From contig CAVPSD010000018.1 in the NCBI GenBank assembly GCA_963708175.1, forward strand, positions 7,935 through 71,934: DNA of 64,000 nt, in the 5' to 3' direction. Source of the DNA: an uncultured Acidimicrobiales bacterium. GTDB lineage: Bacteria; Actinomycetota; Acidimicrobiia; Acidimicrobiales; DATKAS01. Below, piece after piece: positions 51,312 to 60,410 of this stretch (position 1 is the stretch's first letter; each line of letters starts with the position of its first letter). The position numbers and the translations under genes were made by a program. The notes beneath the pieces are model-generated. The model was not told the origin of the DNA. It saw only the letters and a list, made by a program, of their open reading frames with translations, and ran no database searches.

Positions 51312-51746
51312 CTAACCCGCGTCGACCACCACGAACAGCAGCTCGGCTTCGCACGCGACCTGACCGTTCACGCTCGCCTTGCCGCTGCCGCGCCCCGCAC
51401 GACCGGACAGGCGGCCGAGCTCGACCTCGAGATCGAGGGTGTCGCCGGGAACGACCTGACGCCGGAAGCGCGCCGAGTCGAGCCCGCCGAACAGCGGCAG
51501 CTTCCCCGAGAACCGCTCGTCGGTCAGCACCGCGACCGCACCGAGCTGCGCGATCGACTCAGCCATCAGAACGCCGGGCAGCGTCGGCCTGCCGGGGAAG
51601 TGTCCCGGGAAGAACCACTCGTCGCCGGTCAGATGCCACGTGCCGCGGGCCGACTTCCCCGGCTCGAGCGCGGTGACCTCGTCGACGAACAGGAACGGCG
51701 GGCGATGAGGCAGGACGTCGGCCGGCTTCGGCAAGGCAGCGGTCAC
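51312..51746 (-). CDS. fabZ: 3-hydroxyacyl-ACP dehydratase
   Basis: LPHRPPFLFVD, FFPGHFPG.P.LPGV..E, FRRQVVPGD. Confidence 0.93.
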   Translation of the reverse strand: MTAALPKPADVLPHRPPFLFVDEVTALEPGKSARGTWHLTGDEWFFPGHFPGRPTLPGVLMAESIAQLGAVAVLTDERFSGKLPLFGGLDSARFRRQVVPGDTLDLEVELGRLSGRAGRGSGKASVNGQVACEAELLFVVVDAG

Positions 51747-52198
51747 TTGCCGAGAGCCTCGAGGAGGTTGGCCGGCGTGTCCTTCGGGCTGATGCCGTAC
51801 CACGCCTCGACGATCTTCCCCTTCTCGTCGATCAGGAACGCGGAGCGCAGGATGCCCATGTACTTCTTGCCGTACATCGACTTCTCGCGCCACACATCGA
51901 AGGCATCGGCGACGGTGTGCTCGGTGTCCGCGAGGAGCGGGAAGCCGAGCGAGTACTTGTCGTCGAACTTCTTCTGCTTGGCGGGCTTGTCGGGGCTGAT
52001 GCCGATCACCGCGGTGTCACCGATCTTCGGCAGGATGTCGCGTAGCCCACATGCTTGCGCTGTGCACCCCGGCGTGTCGGCCTTCGGGTAGAAGTACACG
52101 AGCACCTTGCGGCCCTTGTAGCCAGACAGCTTCACGGGCTCGTCGTCTTGATCGTGCAGCGCGATCGCGGGCGCCTTGTCTCCGGTCTTGAGCGGCAT
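51743..52198 (-). CDS. bcp: Thioredoxin-dependent thiol peroxidase (BCP)
   Basis: YFYPKADTPGCTAQAC. Confidence 0.95.
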   Translation of the reverse strand: MPLKTGDKAPAIALHDQDDEPVKLSGYKGRKVLVYFYPKADTPGCTAQACGLRDILPKIGDTAVIGISPDKPAKQKKFDDKYSLGFPLLADTEHTVADAFDVWREKSMYGKKYMGILRSAFLIDEKGKIVEAWYGISPKDTPANLLEALGK

Positions 52199-52221
52199 GC
52201 GACGAGACTAGGCCGGTGCAG

Positions 52222-52536
52222 ATGAAGGGTCGCTGGCGCATCGTCGAGATGGAGCTCTGGGATGAGGACGCCCTCGACCTGCTCGGCCCGGCGTTCATCG
52301 AGATCGGCCCGCGCGACGACGGCAGCTTCCGATTCATCGCCGTCGAGGGCTGGATGGACATCCGCCGCGTCCAGCGCGACGGCCATCCGGGCATCGAGTT
52401 CTCCTGGGACGGCAAAGACGACTGCGACGACGCAACCGGCCGCGGGTGGGCGACAGTCGAAGGCGATGGATCGCTGTTTGGCCGCATCTACATCCACGGC
52501 GGTGACGACTCCGCCTTTCGCGCCGTCCGCGAGTGA
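52222..52536 (+). CDS. Hypothetical beta-rich protein
   Basis: MKGRWRIVEMELWD...FSWDG.D.CD...GRGWA; coding-like composition. Confidence 0.7.
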   Translation: MKGRWRIVEMELWDEDALDLLGPAFIEIGPRDDGSFRFIAVEGWMDIRRVQRDGHPGIEFSWDGKDDCDDATGRGWATVEGDGSLFGRIYIHGGDDSAFRAVRE

Positions 52537-52589
52537 CGCTGTCCAAGACATTGACAGCCTCGGCAGCTTTCTGGACTAGCATCATCGAG

Positions 52590-52757
52590 GTGCCGGAGGA
52601 GCTGAACCTCAAGCTCGACCGCACCGAGGCGCTCGAGCTGCTGGCGGTTGTGCAAGCCACGCTGAACGCGATCGCCCGCAGCAAAGAGCTCACCGTCGGT
52701 GCGGCGATCCTCACCGGCATCAAGGCGAAGCTCATCGATGCACTGGAGGCCGGATGA
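52590..52757 (+). CDS. Small hypothetical protein (probably leaderless)
   Basis: TAGCAT 7 nt before GTG 52590; ATGA overlap with the next gene. Confidence 0.5.
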   Translation: MPEELNLKLDRTEALELLAVVQATLNAIARSKELTVGAAILTGIKAKLIDALEAG

Positions 52758-53041
52758 CGAAGACCGCACCTGCTCTCGACCGGATCGCTGACACCGCAGT
52801 CGCCGAGCTTTCCGCCGCCCGTCCCAGCGATGACGCAGTCGGTTCCGCCGTCGCCGCTGCAGCGCTGCTTGCCGACCGTGCCGCACAGGAGATCTCCGAC
52901 CGAGACCGCGTCATCCGGATCGCGAAGCGAGAGGGAGCAACGCTCCGGGCACTGGCCGAGGCGACCGGGCTCAGCCGTCAGACGATCGCCAACATCTGCG
53001 CCGCTGGCGACGTGCCGGCCAGGAAGCGGCGCGCTGGATGA
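52754..53041 (+). CDS. Small HTH DNA-binding protein
   Basis: RDRVIRIAKREGATLRALAEATGLSRQTIANI. Confidence 0.7.
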   Translation: MTKTAPALDRIADTAVAELSAARPSDDAVGSAVAAAALLADRAAQEISDRDRVIRIAKREGATLRALAEATGLSRQTIANICAAGDVPARKRRAG

Positions 53042-53081
53042 CCTCCGGGCGTCTATGCGCCCGGGTAGAAGCACACGGGCG

Positions 53082-53456
53082 TCAGCCCTTCACATAGGAG
53101 AGCTTCTCGACGATCTTTCCGCCCTCGACCCGATACAGGTCCACCGCACGAACATGGGCTTCGCCCCAGCTGTAGCGACACCGCTGCACGACGCGATCCC
53201 CGGCAAGGATGGTCTCCTCGACTTCGACATGGGTGGCCGGGTTCCCGAAGATGGGCTCCCAGATCCGCCGCGCTTCGTCGCGGCCGGCTGCTCGCTCTCC
53301 GTCTGGCGGCGTTGTCGACTCGAACACGAACCGTTCGGCGCAATACGAGAGCGCCGTCTCGAGGTCGTGGGCGTTGCAAGCACTCCCGAATGCGGTGACG
53401 ACCGTTGCGGGGTCGTCGCTCGCGGCCGGCGCCTTGTCGGACTTCAGCTCAGCCAT
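53082..53456 (-). CDS. SnoaL/NTF2-like protein
   Basis: AF..ACNAHDL, GRDE, AGDRVV, DLYRVEGGKIVEKLSYVKG. Confidence 0.82.
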   Translation of the reverse strand: MAELKSDKAPAASDDPATVVTAFGSACNAHDLETALSYCAERFVFESTTPPDGERAAGRDEARRIWEPIFGNPATHVEVEETILAGDRVVQRCRYSWGEAHVRAVDLYRVEGGKIVEKLSYVKG

Positions 53457-53489
53457 GACGGCGACGCTACGTCGCCGCGGCCGGCGAGG

Positions 53490-54122
53490 TCAGACGGTCG
53501 CGGTCGCCTCGCAGCGTCGTTCGCCACGTGCCCAGGTCGCGGCGACGTCGTCACCGGCGTGCACGATGCGCTCGACCACGCCGAGCTCACCGGCGTCGTA
53601 CAGCGGCGCGCCGGCGATCGTGAGGATGACGTCGCCGGCCTCGACACCGATGCGTTCGGCCCAAGTGCCGGACTGCACGCTCTTGACCCTCAGCCCGTAG
53701 GCCTCGGCCGTCACTCCGATGCCGAGCGGCGCCCACGGGAGCCACGATCGCTGGGCGACCACGCCCGTCTCGAGGAACAAATGGAAGTCGGTCATCAGGT
53801 GGTCGGCGTGGAGCCAGAAGGCTCCGCCCGCGAACTTGACGAACGCCTCGTCGAAGCCCGACTGCACGACCCGGACGCGAGTGCCGGTGTCGGCGTGCTC
53901 GAAGGTCACAGCGATGAGCGTGTCGGCGCATGGCTGGTCGAGCTTGCGCACGGTGAGCTGTCTCGTGGGCTGGACGTCGACCTCGGCACCGCGGCACTCG
54001 AAGCCGGGAAGCCACCACTCGTCGGGTGATGCTGCCCGCGCTCGCAGCGACTCGAGCGCCTTCCATGCCTCTGCCGGTGTCGCCGCGACCTCGAATGTCT
54101 TCTCGGTGCGGATGTCGGTCAT
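53490..54122 (-). CDS. SRPBCC/AHA1-like domain fused to a PDZ-like domain
   Basis: FEVAATP..AWKA...GTRVRVVQSGF, then GLRVKSVQSGTWAERIGVEAGDVILTIAG. Confidence 0.7.
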   Translation of the reverse strand: MTDIRTEKTFEVAATPAEAWKALESLRARAASPDEWWLPGFECRGAEVDVQPTRQLTVRKLDQPCADTLIAVTFEHADTGTRVRVVQSGFDEAFVKFAGGAFWLHADHLMTDFHLFLETGVVAQRSWLPWAPLGIGVTAEAYGLRVKSVQSGTWAERIGVEAGDVILTIAGAPLYDAGELGVVERIVHAGDDVAATWARGERRCEATATV

Positions 54123-54700
54123 GCGATCTCCTCCGGTCTCGGATGGACGACGATCGTGACGGTGAACGCCTCGCCGTCGGTTGATGCGTGCTTCTCGACG
54201 AGGCCCGCGGTGAGCGCCAAGTACTCGTCGAGGAACGCCGCCCTCGTCCCCGCGTCAGCGAAGCGGACGGTCGCCTCGACCGCGGCACTCGCGATCTGCA
54301 CATCGTCGAACGCCGCGCGGTCGAGCAGCGCGGCGGCGTCGCGCTGGAGGCGCTCCCCCACGTCGACGAGGTGATGGAGCGAGACCTGATCGGCGATCGC
54401 TCGCAGGCGAGCGCCATCGCCCCACGTCACGCGCGGCGACACGACGAACGTGCCGGCGGCCGACTCGTACAGCTGCTCGACGAAGTTGCCCTTGCGCCGC
54501 TCCCCCGCCTCGACCAGCAGCCCGGCCTTGACCAGCTCGTGGACGTGATGGTTGACGCGCTGGCGGGGCTCACTGAGGCGGCGGGCGACTCCCGCGGCCG
54601 AGTCCGCAGCGCGCAGCGCGTCGAGGATCCGCAGGCGGGTCGGATGGGTGATCGCCGCCAGCTGCTCCCTGGTTTCGAGGACTGCGGGGCCAACTGCCAC
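54119..54700 (-). CDS. ArsR-like winged-HTH transcriptional regulator
   Basis: HPTRLRIL..L..SAAGVARRL..PRQRVNHHVHELVKAGL..RKGNFVE. Confidence 0.85.
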   Translation of the reverse strand: MAVGPAVLETREQLAAITHPTRLRILDALRAADSAAGVARRLSEPRQRVNHHVHELVKAGLLVEAGERRKGNFVEQLYESAAGTFVVSPRVTWGDGARLRAIADQVSLHHLVDVGERLQRDAAALLDRAAFDDVQIASAAVEATVRFADAGTRAAFLDEYLALTAGLVEKHASTDGEAFTVTIVVHPRPEEIA

Positions 54701-54713
54701 CCTCGTACCTTAA

Positions 54714-54747
54714 GACAGGAATGCCTTTCTTGACAAGGGTTCCTTTC
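54714..54747. promoter_or_regulatory. Two tandem imperfect palindromic operators over the ArsR-like gene promoter
   Basis: GACAGG-AATG-CCTTTC and GACAAG-GGTT-CCTTTC; minus-strand TTGTCA-N18-TAAGGT-N6-GTG. Confidence 0.6.
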
Positions 54748-54787
54748 AAGCCGTCCGGCCACCGCCGTCGTGTGGGATCGTCCTCCG

Positions 54788-54879
54788 ATGCGAATCGTCG
54801 TCAGCGAATTCATCAGCCGCTGTTCGACTCGACGAGCACGCCCACGGGCGTGCAGATCTGCCAGTACCGACGAGCGCGC
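54788..54879 (+). pseudogene. Internally deleted DHFR/RibD_C-family gene remnant
   Basis: MRIVVSEFIS (family-like N-terminus) joined out of frame to LFDSTSTPTGVQICQYRR (family-like C-terminus). Confidence 0.6.
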
Positions 54880-54892
54880 TCAGCGCGCTGTC

Positions 54893-55684
54893 GTGATCGA
54901 GTCACCCGACGAGGAAGTGCTCCGCGGCGGAGAGGTGAACCCGTCGGTCGTGCGCATCGGCGGCACCGTGAGGCGCACGCCGAGCGACGCGACGGCGGCG
55001 GTCCAAGATCTCCTGCGACATCTCGAGGCGAAAGGTTTCGAGGGCGCGCCGAGACCGCTCGGCTTCGACGACCAGGGCCGCGAGATGCTCTCGTACATCG
55101 AGGGCGACGTGTCGCTCGATGACACGTGGCCCGACGTGCTGCGTGAAGACGAAGGGCTCGTCGCGGTCGTCCGGCTCGTCCAGCGGTTCCACGACGCGGT
55201 CGCGGGCTACACACCTCCTGCGGCCGCGGTGTGGAGCACGGGTGCGCACCCGCTCGCTCCGGGCGAGATCGTGTGTCATGGCGACCCGGGGCCGTGGAAC
55301 ATCGTGTGGAGGGACGGCTCCCCCGTCGCACTCATCGACTGGGACTTCGCCACGCCCGCAGTCCCGCTGTACGACGTCTCGTATGTCGCGTTCGAGATGG
55401 TGCCGCTCCGCGCCGACGACCGCTGCCGCGAGGTCGGGTTCCCCGACGTCCCCGATCGAGCAAGGCGCCTCCGTCTCGTGTGCGACACGTACGGGCGGGG
55501 CGCAACGCCGGAGGCACTCATCGATCTCGCCGAGCGCCATCAGCGGGCCGACATCGACGAGATCGAGCAGTACGGTCCTCGGGGCATCGAGCCGTTCAAG
55601 AGGTTCATGGAGCAAGGCCTCGCGGACGACGCCCGCGACATGCTCGAGTGGCTACGACTCCACCGCGAGATGCTGGTCGGCTGA
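54893..55684 (+). CDS. Aminoglycoside phosphotransferase-like (APH/choline kinase fold) protein
   Basis: LRGG...VVRIGGTVRR, CHGDPGPWNIV, LIDWD. Confidence 0.85.
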   Translation: MIESPDEEVLRGGEVNPSVVRIGGTVRRTPSDATAAVQDLLRHLEAKGFEGAPRPLGFDDQGREMLSYIEGDVSLDDTWPDVLREDEGLVAVVRLVQRFHDAVAGYTPPAAAVWSTGAHPLAPGEIVCHGDPGPWNIVWRDGSPVALIDWDFATPAVPLYDVSYVAFEMVPLRADDRCREVGFPDVPDRARRLRLVCDTYGRGATPEALIDLAERHQRADIDEIEQYGPRGIEPFKRFMEQGLADDARDMLEWLRLHREMLVG

Positions 55685-56719
55685 GCGGCGGCGGCGGCGG
55701 CGCCACGGGGCCGTGAGGCTCCAGATGGCCGCGCCGAGGAGCGCGACGGCCGCAAGCGGCAGGGCGTACCCGAGGACCACCACCATTCCGCCGAGCACGT
55801 TGAGCGCAGCAGTCGTCGCGTCGTCCCATGCCTGCGCCAGGATCGACGGCTCGGGCTCCGGGATCGGCGTGAAGGCAACACCGGGCTCGTACATCGAGAC
55901 GGTGATCGTCGAGAACGTCGCCTGGTCGTTGAGATTCGCCCGCTCGGCCTCGAGCTGCTCGATCTGGGTGCGCACGTTGAACAGCTGATCCTGGATCTGC
56001 AGGATGTCGCCGATCTCGGTCGCCTTGCCGAGCAGGGTCTGGAACGCCGCCTCTTCGGCCTTCAGGCTCGTGATGCGAGCGTCGAGGTCGACGAGCTGGC
56101 TCGTGACGTCCTGCCCGTTGATCGACTCGCTGTCGACGTCACCGAGTCCGGACAGCGCGGCTCGAGTTGTATCGAACTTCTCGGCGGGCACACGGATCGT
56201 CATCTCGCCGGCGCGCGCCCGGTTGTCCGAGCTCGACGCTGCGCTCGTGTCATCGAGCGGGATCGGATTGCCGGGGATGCCGGTCGTCGACGTCGACGAG
56301 CTCACGACGAAGCCGCCGTTTGCGGTCGCGATGCGGCTCGCCTCGCTGAACGCGCCGTTGAACTTGCCCTCCGCGATCGACACCGTGAGGTACGCGGTCT
56401 TGACGATCTTGGCGCCGCCGACCGGGGCCTGCGTCGCCGCATCGGGTGCGGCAGCGCCGCTCGCGCCACCACCGGCGAACGCCGGGGCGGGGGCAGCGGC
56501 GCTCTCTCCGACTGCGAGCTTCACGTCGTCGCCCATGGCGACGATCGGCGCCATCGTCGTCACCGCCGAGGCTGTTGTCGCCGCGCCGCCCGCCAGGGTC
56601 GCCCGCGCCACATTCTGGTCGCCGGCGTCGTCGAACCGCCCTGTCGAAGCGACCGCCACGCCGCCCAACACCAGGGCCGCGAGCCCCATCAACGTGATGT
56701 TCCGCACGTTCCTGCGCAT
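55652..56719 (-). CDS. DUF4349-like membrane protein
   Basis: IVKTA, GGFV, TIRVP, DVT..VDL, IEQLE, TFSTI, C-terminal TM. Confidence 0.82.
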   Translation of the reverse strand: MRRNVRNITLMGLAALVLGGVAVASTGRFDDAGDQNVARATLAGGAATTASAVTTMAPIVAMGDDVKLAVGESAAAPAPAFAGGGASGAAAPDAATQAPVGGAKIVKTAYLTVSIAEGKFNGAFSEASRIATANGGFVVSSSTSTTGIPGNPIPLDDTSAASSSDNRARAGEMTIRVPAEKFDTTRAALSGLGDVDSESINGQDVTSQLVDLDARITSLKAEEAAFQTLLGKATEIGDILQIQDQLFNVRTQIEQLEAERANLNDQATFSTITVSMYEPGVAFTPIPEPEPSILAQAWDDATTAALNVLGGMVVVLGYALPLAAVALLGAAIWSLTAPWRRRRRRSADQHLAVES

Positions 56720-56756
56720 GGTTTCCCCCTGGGTCAGGTCATCCCGTCTCCCATGG

Positions 56757-56797
56757 GACGTGCGCGGAAAGCCCCCGGTTCCGTGTCAGTTCCGTGA
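56757..56797 (-). promoter_or_regulatory. Putative ECF-sigma promoter with an upstream direct repeat
   Basis: GGAAC-N17-CGTC; CACGGAAC repeated at 11-bp period. Confidence 0.5.
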
Positions 56798-56814
56798 ACC
56801 CGCGAACGCCGTCC

Positions 56815-57676
56815 TCAGACGGACATGGGGAAGATCATCGGCTCGCCGGCGACGGCGGCGATCGCGTCATCCATCTCCGGCTGCGTCATCGGCACGAAGC
56901 CGTCGACCAGCGCGCAGCGCCTCCGCGAGCACTGCCTCGTCCCCCGGCGTGCAAAGGGCGTGGACGCCCTCGACCGACAACGTGAAGCGAACCCCGCGCT
57001 CGACCAACGAAGGTTCCGTGTACGGCTCGTACCACGTGTGAGCGGACCGCTCCACGTTCGGCTTCCACGGTCGGGCGGCGGCGGTCTTGATCGCCATCAC
57101 CCCGACATCGCGCTCCGCGCACAACGCGAGAAGGGCCTCGGCGTCACGGCGATAGCTCACGTCCCCCCACATCCGCGCGTTGACCGGGAACATCACCGTA
57201 TCCAGGTCGTAGCGCCGCAAGGCCTCGGCGTGGGCTGCGGGCGCGCCGAGGTCGTGGCCCGTGATGCCCACAAACCGGCAGAGCCCCTCGTCGCGGGCCC
57301 TCAGCAGCGCGTCGACCGCTCCTTGCCGTGTGTCGAGCTCTTCCAGGGACGTCACGGCGTGCAGCTGGTGGAGATCGAACGAATCACAGCCGAGCAGCTC
57401 GAGCGACTCCTCGAGCTGCGCGCGGAAGCCGTCGCCGTTGCGTCGCGTGCTCTTGCACCCGATGAACAACCGATCGCGGACCGCGGGGACGAGCGGGCCG
57501 ATGAGGCGCTGTGCCTCGCCGTAGCGCGGGGCGATGTCGAGGTGGTTCACGCCGGCCGCCAGCGCCGCGTCGAACGAGCGCGCCGCGCTCTCGGGCGTCG
57601 ACCGCGCATAGGCAGCGGCACCGAGCACCGCGACAGAGGAGTCATGCCCCGTGCGACCGAGGCGGCGGGTGATCAC
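56815..57676 (-). CDS. Aldo/keto reductase (frameshift near 56914)
   Basis: RRLGRTG, DIAPRYG, K, QLH, GITGH, GVMAIK; shifted tail LVDGFVPMTQPEMDDA...*. Confidence 0.85.
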
Positions 57677-57729
57677 ATGCGGACGCTACCCTCCACGCAC
57701 ATCGCGTGGTCAGGACGTCCCGGGAGGTC

Positions 57730-58158
57730 ATGGTGGCGAGAAAGGACCCGAGGCTCGACATGCTGGCCGCGGTCGACCTGTTCAGCGAGTGCTCGAGGAA
57801 GGAGCTGGGCCAGATCCTCGGCGTCGCGAAGGAGATCGCCTTCGACCCCGGGCGGAACATCTGCGTGCAGGGCGAGTCATCCGGGCGCTTCTACCTGATC
57901 CTCGACGGCACGGTCGCGGTGAAGCGCAACGGCCGCACCCGCGCCACACTCGGCGAGGGCGACTACTTCGGCGAGATCGCACTCATCGACAACGATCCCC
58001 GCACCGCGACATGTACGGCGGTCACGCCCGTCAACACGCTCGCGATCGCGCAGTTCAACTTCGTGCCTCTGATGCGCGAGCACCCGGGGCTCACGCACAA
58101 GCTGCTGCTGCACCTGTGCAGCCGGCTTCGAGCGGCAGAGGCTCAGCTCACGGACTAG
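57730..58158 (+). CDS. Stand-alone cyclic nucleotide-binding domain protein
   Basis: QGE, FYLILDG, GDYFGEIAL..PRTAT; SD GGAGG. Confidence 0.88.
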   Translation: MVARKDPRLDMLAAVDLFSECSRKELGQILGVAKEIAFDPGRNICVQGESSGRFYLILDGTVAVKRNGRTRATLGEGDYFGEIALIDNDPRTATCTAVTPVNTLAIAQFNFVPLMREHPGLTHKLLLHLCSRLRAAEAQLTD

Positions 58159-58540
58159 TGAACTGCGACAACCCGGTGTTGATCATCGCGGTCGCGGCCT
58201 GATCGAAGTAGTCGAGCATCGCTTCCTCGATCGCGGGTTCGGCTCCCATCGATCGCACCGCGGCAGCCATGTGGGTCCACCACGCATCGCGTTCCACACG
58301 TCCGATCTCGAACGGCGCATGACGCAGCCGCAGTCGTGGGTGGCCCCGCTCCTCGCTGTAGGTGCCCGGACCGCCCCAGTACTGGATCAGGAATCCGCGC
58401 AGGTGAGCTCGACTGGCCGCGAGTGCCTCGGACTCGGACGGATACAGCGGCCGAAGCACCGGATCGCGCTCGACCGCGTCGTAGAAGCGATCGACGAGCA
58501 CCGTGAAGAACTCCGCGCCGACCTGGTCGTAGACAGACAC
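58148..58540 (-). CDS. Truncated hemoglobin (group II, GlbO-like)
   Basis: LVDRFY, FLIQYWGGP..YSEERGHPRLRLRH, RDAW. Confidence 0.92.
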   Translation of the reverse strand: MSVYDQVGAEFFTVLVDRFYDAVERDPVLRPLYPSESEALAASRAHLRGFLIQYWGGPGTYSEERGHPRLRLRHAPFEIGRVERDAWWTHMAAAVRSMGAEPAIEEAMLDYFDQAATAMINTGLSQFTSP

Positions 58541-58571
58541 CGAGATCGAGTGTGCCAAAGTCGGTGGCACT

Positions 58572-59219
58572 GTGAGCAACGCGGGCACCGGCTACCTGGT
58601 CGCACCGACGGCAGGGCACGGCCCTGGGGTGCTCGTCCTCCACTCGTGGTGGGGCCTCACCCGGTTCTTCCGTGAGACGTGTGACCGACTCGCGGACGAG
58701 GGCTTCGTCGCGCTCGCTCCCGATCTGCATGGAGGACGCACCGCCGACCGCCCCGACGAGGCCGAGGCGCTGCTCGCCGAGATCGACCCGAATCCCACCG
58801 CCGCGCTGGTCCTGTCGTCGGCCGCGACGCTTCGCGGACTCGCGATCACTCCCGACGCGCCGATCGGCGTCGTCGGGTTCTCGATGGGGGCGTCTTGGGC
58901 GCTGTGGTTGTCCGCCCGCGCCGTCGACGCCGTCAAGGCAGTTGTCACGTTCTACGGCTCACAGGACGTCGACTTCGAGGGTGCTCAGGCCGCCTACCTC
59001 GCGCACTGGGCCGAGCACGACGAGTTCGTCGCCGAGGACGAGATCGTGTTCCTCGAGGCGACGCTCCGTTTGAGCGACCGACCGGTCGAGTTCCACCGCT
59101 ACCCGGGCACGGGGCACTGGTTCTTCGAGTCCGATCGTGCTCCGGCCTACGACGCCGCTGCCGCCGAGCTCGCGTGGCGCCGGACGATCGACTTCCTACG
59201 TCGCGAGCTCGTCTCCTGA
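58572..59219 (+). CDS. Dienelactone hydrolase family
   Basis: HSWWGL, APDL, GFSMG, YPGTGHWF, AWRRT. Confidence 0.9.
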   Translation: MSNAGTGYLVAPTAGHGPGVLVLHSWWGLTRFFRETCDRLADEGFVALAPDLHGGRTADRPDEAEALLAEIDPNPTAALVLSSAATLRGLAITPDAPIGVVGFSMGASWALWLSARAVDAVKAVVTFYGSQDVDFEGAQAAYLAHWAEHDEFVAEDEIVFLEATLRLSDRPVEFHRYPGTGHWFFESDRAPAYDAAAAELAWRRTIDFLRRELVS

Positions 59220-60389
59220 CCCCGCAGGAGCACGACGTCGACTCCCGACGAACACCAGCACCAGCCCGACGACCCCGGCGACGACGCCGAGCACGACGAG
59301 GATCGTGGGCACGGTCTTCTTCGCGAGTGTGATCTTGTCTTTCTGATCCTTGACCTGGCCCGCGATGTCCGCGATCGACTCGTCAGTTTGGGAGAACTCG
59401 TTGCGGAACAGCGGGATCGGGTTCGTCGCGAGAGCGCTCAAGCCCTCGAGCGCCGCTTGCGCTTCGGGGATCTGCGGATAGCGCTCGAGCACGTCGATGA
59501 TCGGCGGGAGCGCGTCTTGCGACGCGGTCGCCGAGACCGTCTCGACGACATCGCGAACGATCACGATCGCCCCCGTCTCCGGCTCGACCGCATCACCGCC
59601 GCTGAACGTGTCGAGGTAGACAAGGGGGATCGGCTGCGCGGCAAGGTTGGTCAACGTCGCGAGATCCTCGGCGCTGATCACGGGCCCGAGCGCGGCGAGG
59701 GTGCCGGGGACGTCGATGCCCACCGAGAGCAGCAACGGAGTGAGCTGCGTGATCGTGAGTGTCTCGGGCAACGGGACCGTCTGCGACAGCAAGTCGATGT
59801 ACGCCTGCGTGATCGGCGCCGGTCCCGCGGACGCCGCGAACGCGACGAGATGCAGCCCCTCCACGTCGAGCTCGGGCTCGACCGGATCGGGTGAGGCCGT
59901 GTACGTCGCCCCGATCTCGTTCTTGTAGATCAGGTAGTCGTCACTCCCGTCGGTGTCGAGCGGGAAGTTCAGGCGAAATGCCGGCGATCGGTCGACGACG
60001 TTGGACGGTGAGAACGCGTACGCGTCGTCCGACGCGACGTTCTCGATGGACCGGCGATCCATCACGTACTGGTTGTCCTGGTTCTGCGTGAACTCACCGT
60101 CGCCTGCGTTGAAGTCGATCTTCTCGGAGACGACGACCTTCGACCAGCTGCTCTTGCTGCCCAGGGCGTCGATGTGGCGCGTGACCTTCAGCGGCAGCAC
60201 CCGCGGCGTCTCGAGGGGAGCGAACGTGTCGGGGTCCACGAAGATCGTGAACTGGCCCTCGTAGACCGGCGTGGCGTCGATGTCGAGCGGATACCGCACG
60301 AGTGCGGGCACGGCGAACAGCAACCACAGCAACGCCAGCGCCAGAACACCCACACCGATGCCGATCAACCACTTGCCGGCGCGCAGCAT
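59196..60389 (-). CDS. DUF3068/PorA-family membrane-anchored protein
   Basis: N- and C-terminal TM, RYPLD, YVMDRR, FPLDT, VEPETGAIV. Confidence 0.7.
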   Translation of the reverse strand: MLRAGKWLIGIGVGVLALALLWLLFAVPALVRYPLDIDATPVYEGQFTIFVDPDTFAPLETPRVLPLKVTRHIDALGSKSSWSKVVVSEKIDFNAGDGEFTQNQDNQYVMDRRSIENVASDDAYAFSPSNVVDRSPAFRLNFPLDTDGSDDYLIYKNEIGATYTASPDPVEPELDVEGLHLVAFAASAGPAPITQAYIDLLSQTVPLPETLTITQLTPLLLSVGIDVPGTLAALGPVISAEDLATLTNLAAQPIPLVYLDTFSGGDAVEPETGAIVIVRDVVETVSATASQDALPPIIDVLERYPQIPEAQAALEGLSALATNPIPLFRNEFSQTDESIADIAGQVKDQKDKITLAKKTVPTILVVLGVVAGVVGLVLVFVGSRRRAPAGSGDELAT

Positions 60390-60410
60390 CGGACGACCTT
60401 ACGCGCGTCT

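Noticed and set aside
46699-53041. Prophage or genomic island anchored at tRNA-Leu
   Set aside because: The flanks are core genes (malQ, fab cluster), with no integrase or long att repeat
54893-55684. Aminoglycoside-resistance gene
   Set aside because: Only the generic APH/choline-kinase fold motifs are visible, and the substrate cannot be assigned
58552-58570. GTGCCA-N7-TGGCAC palindrome between the globin and hydrolase genes
   Set aside because: Single short occurrence with no regulator I can assign; could be chance
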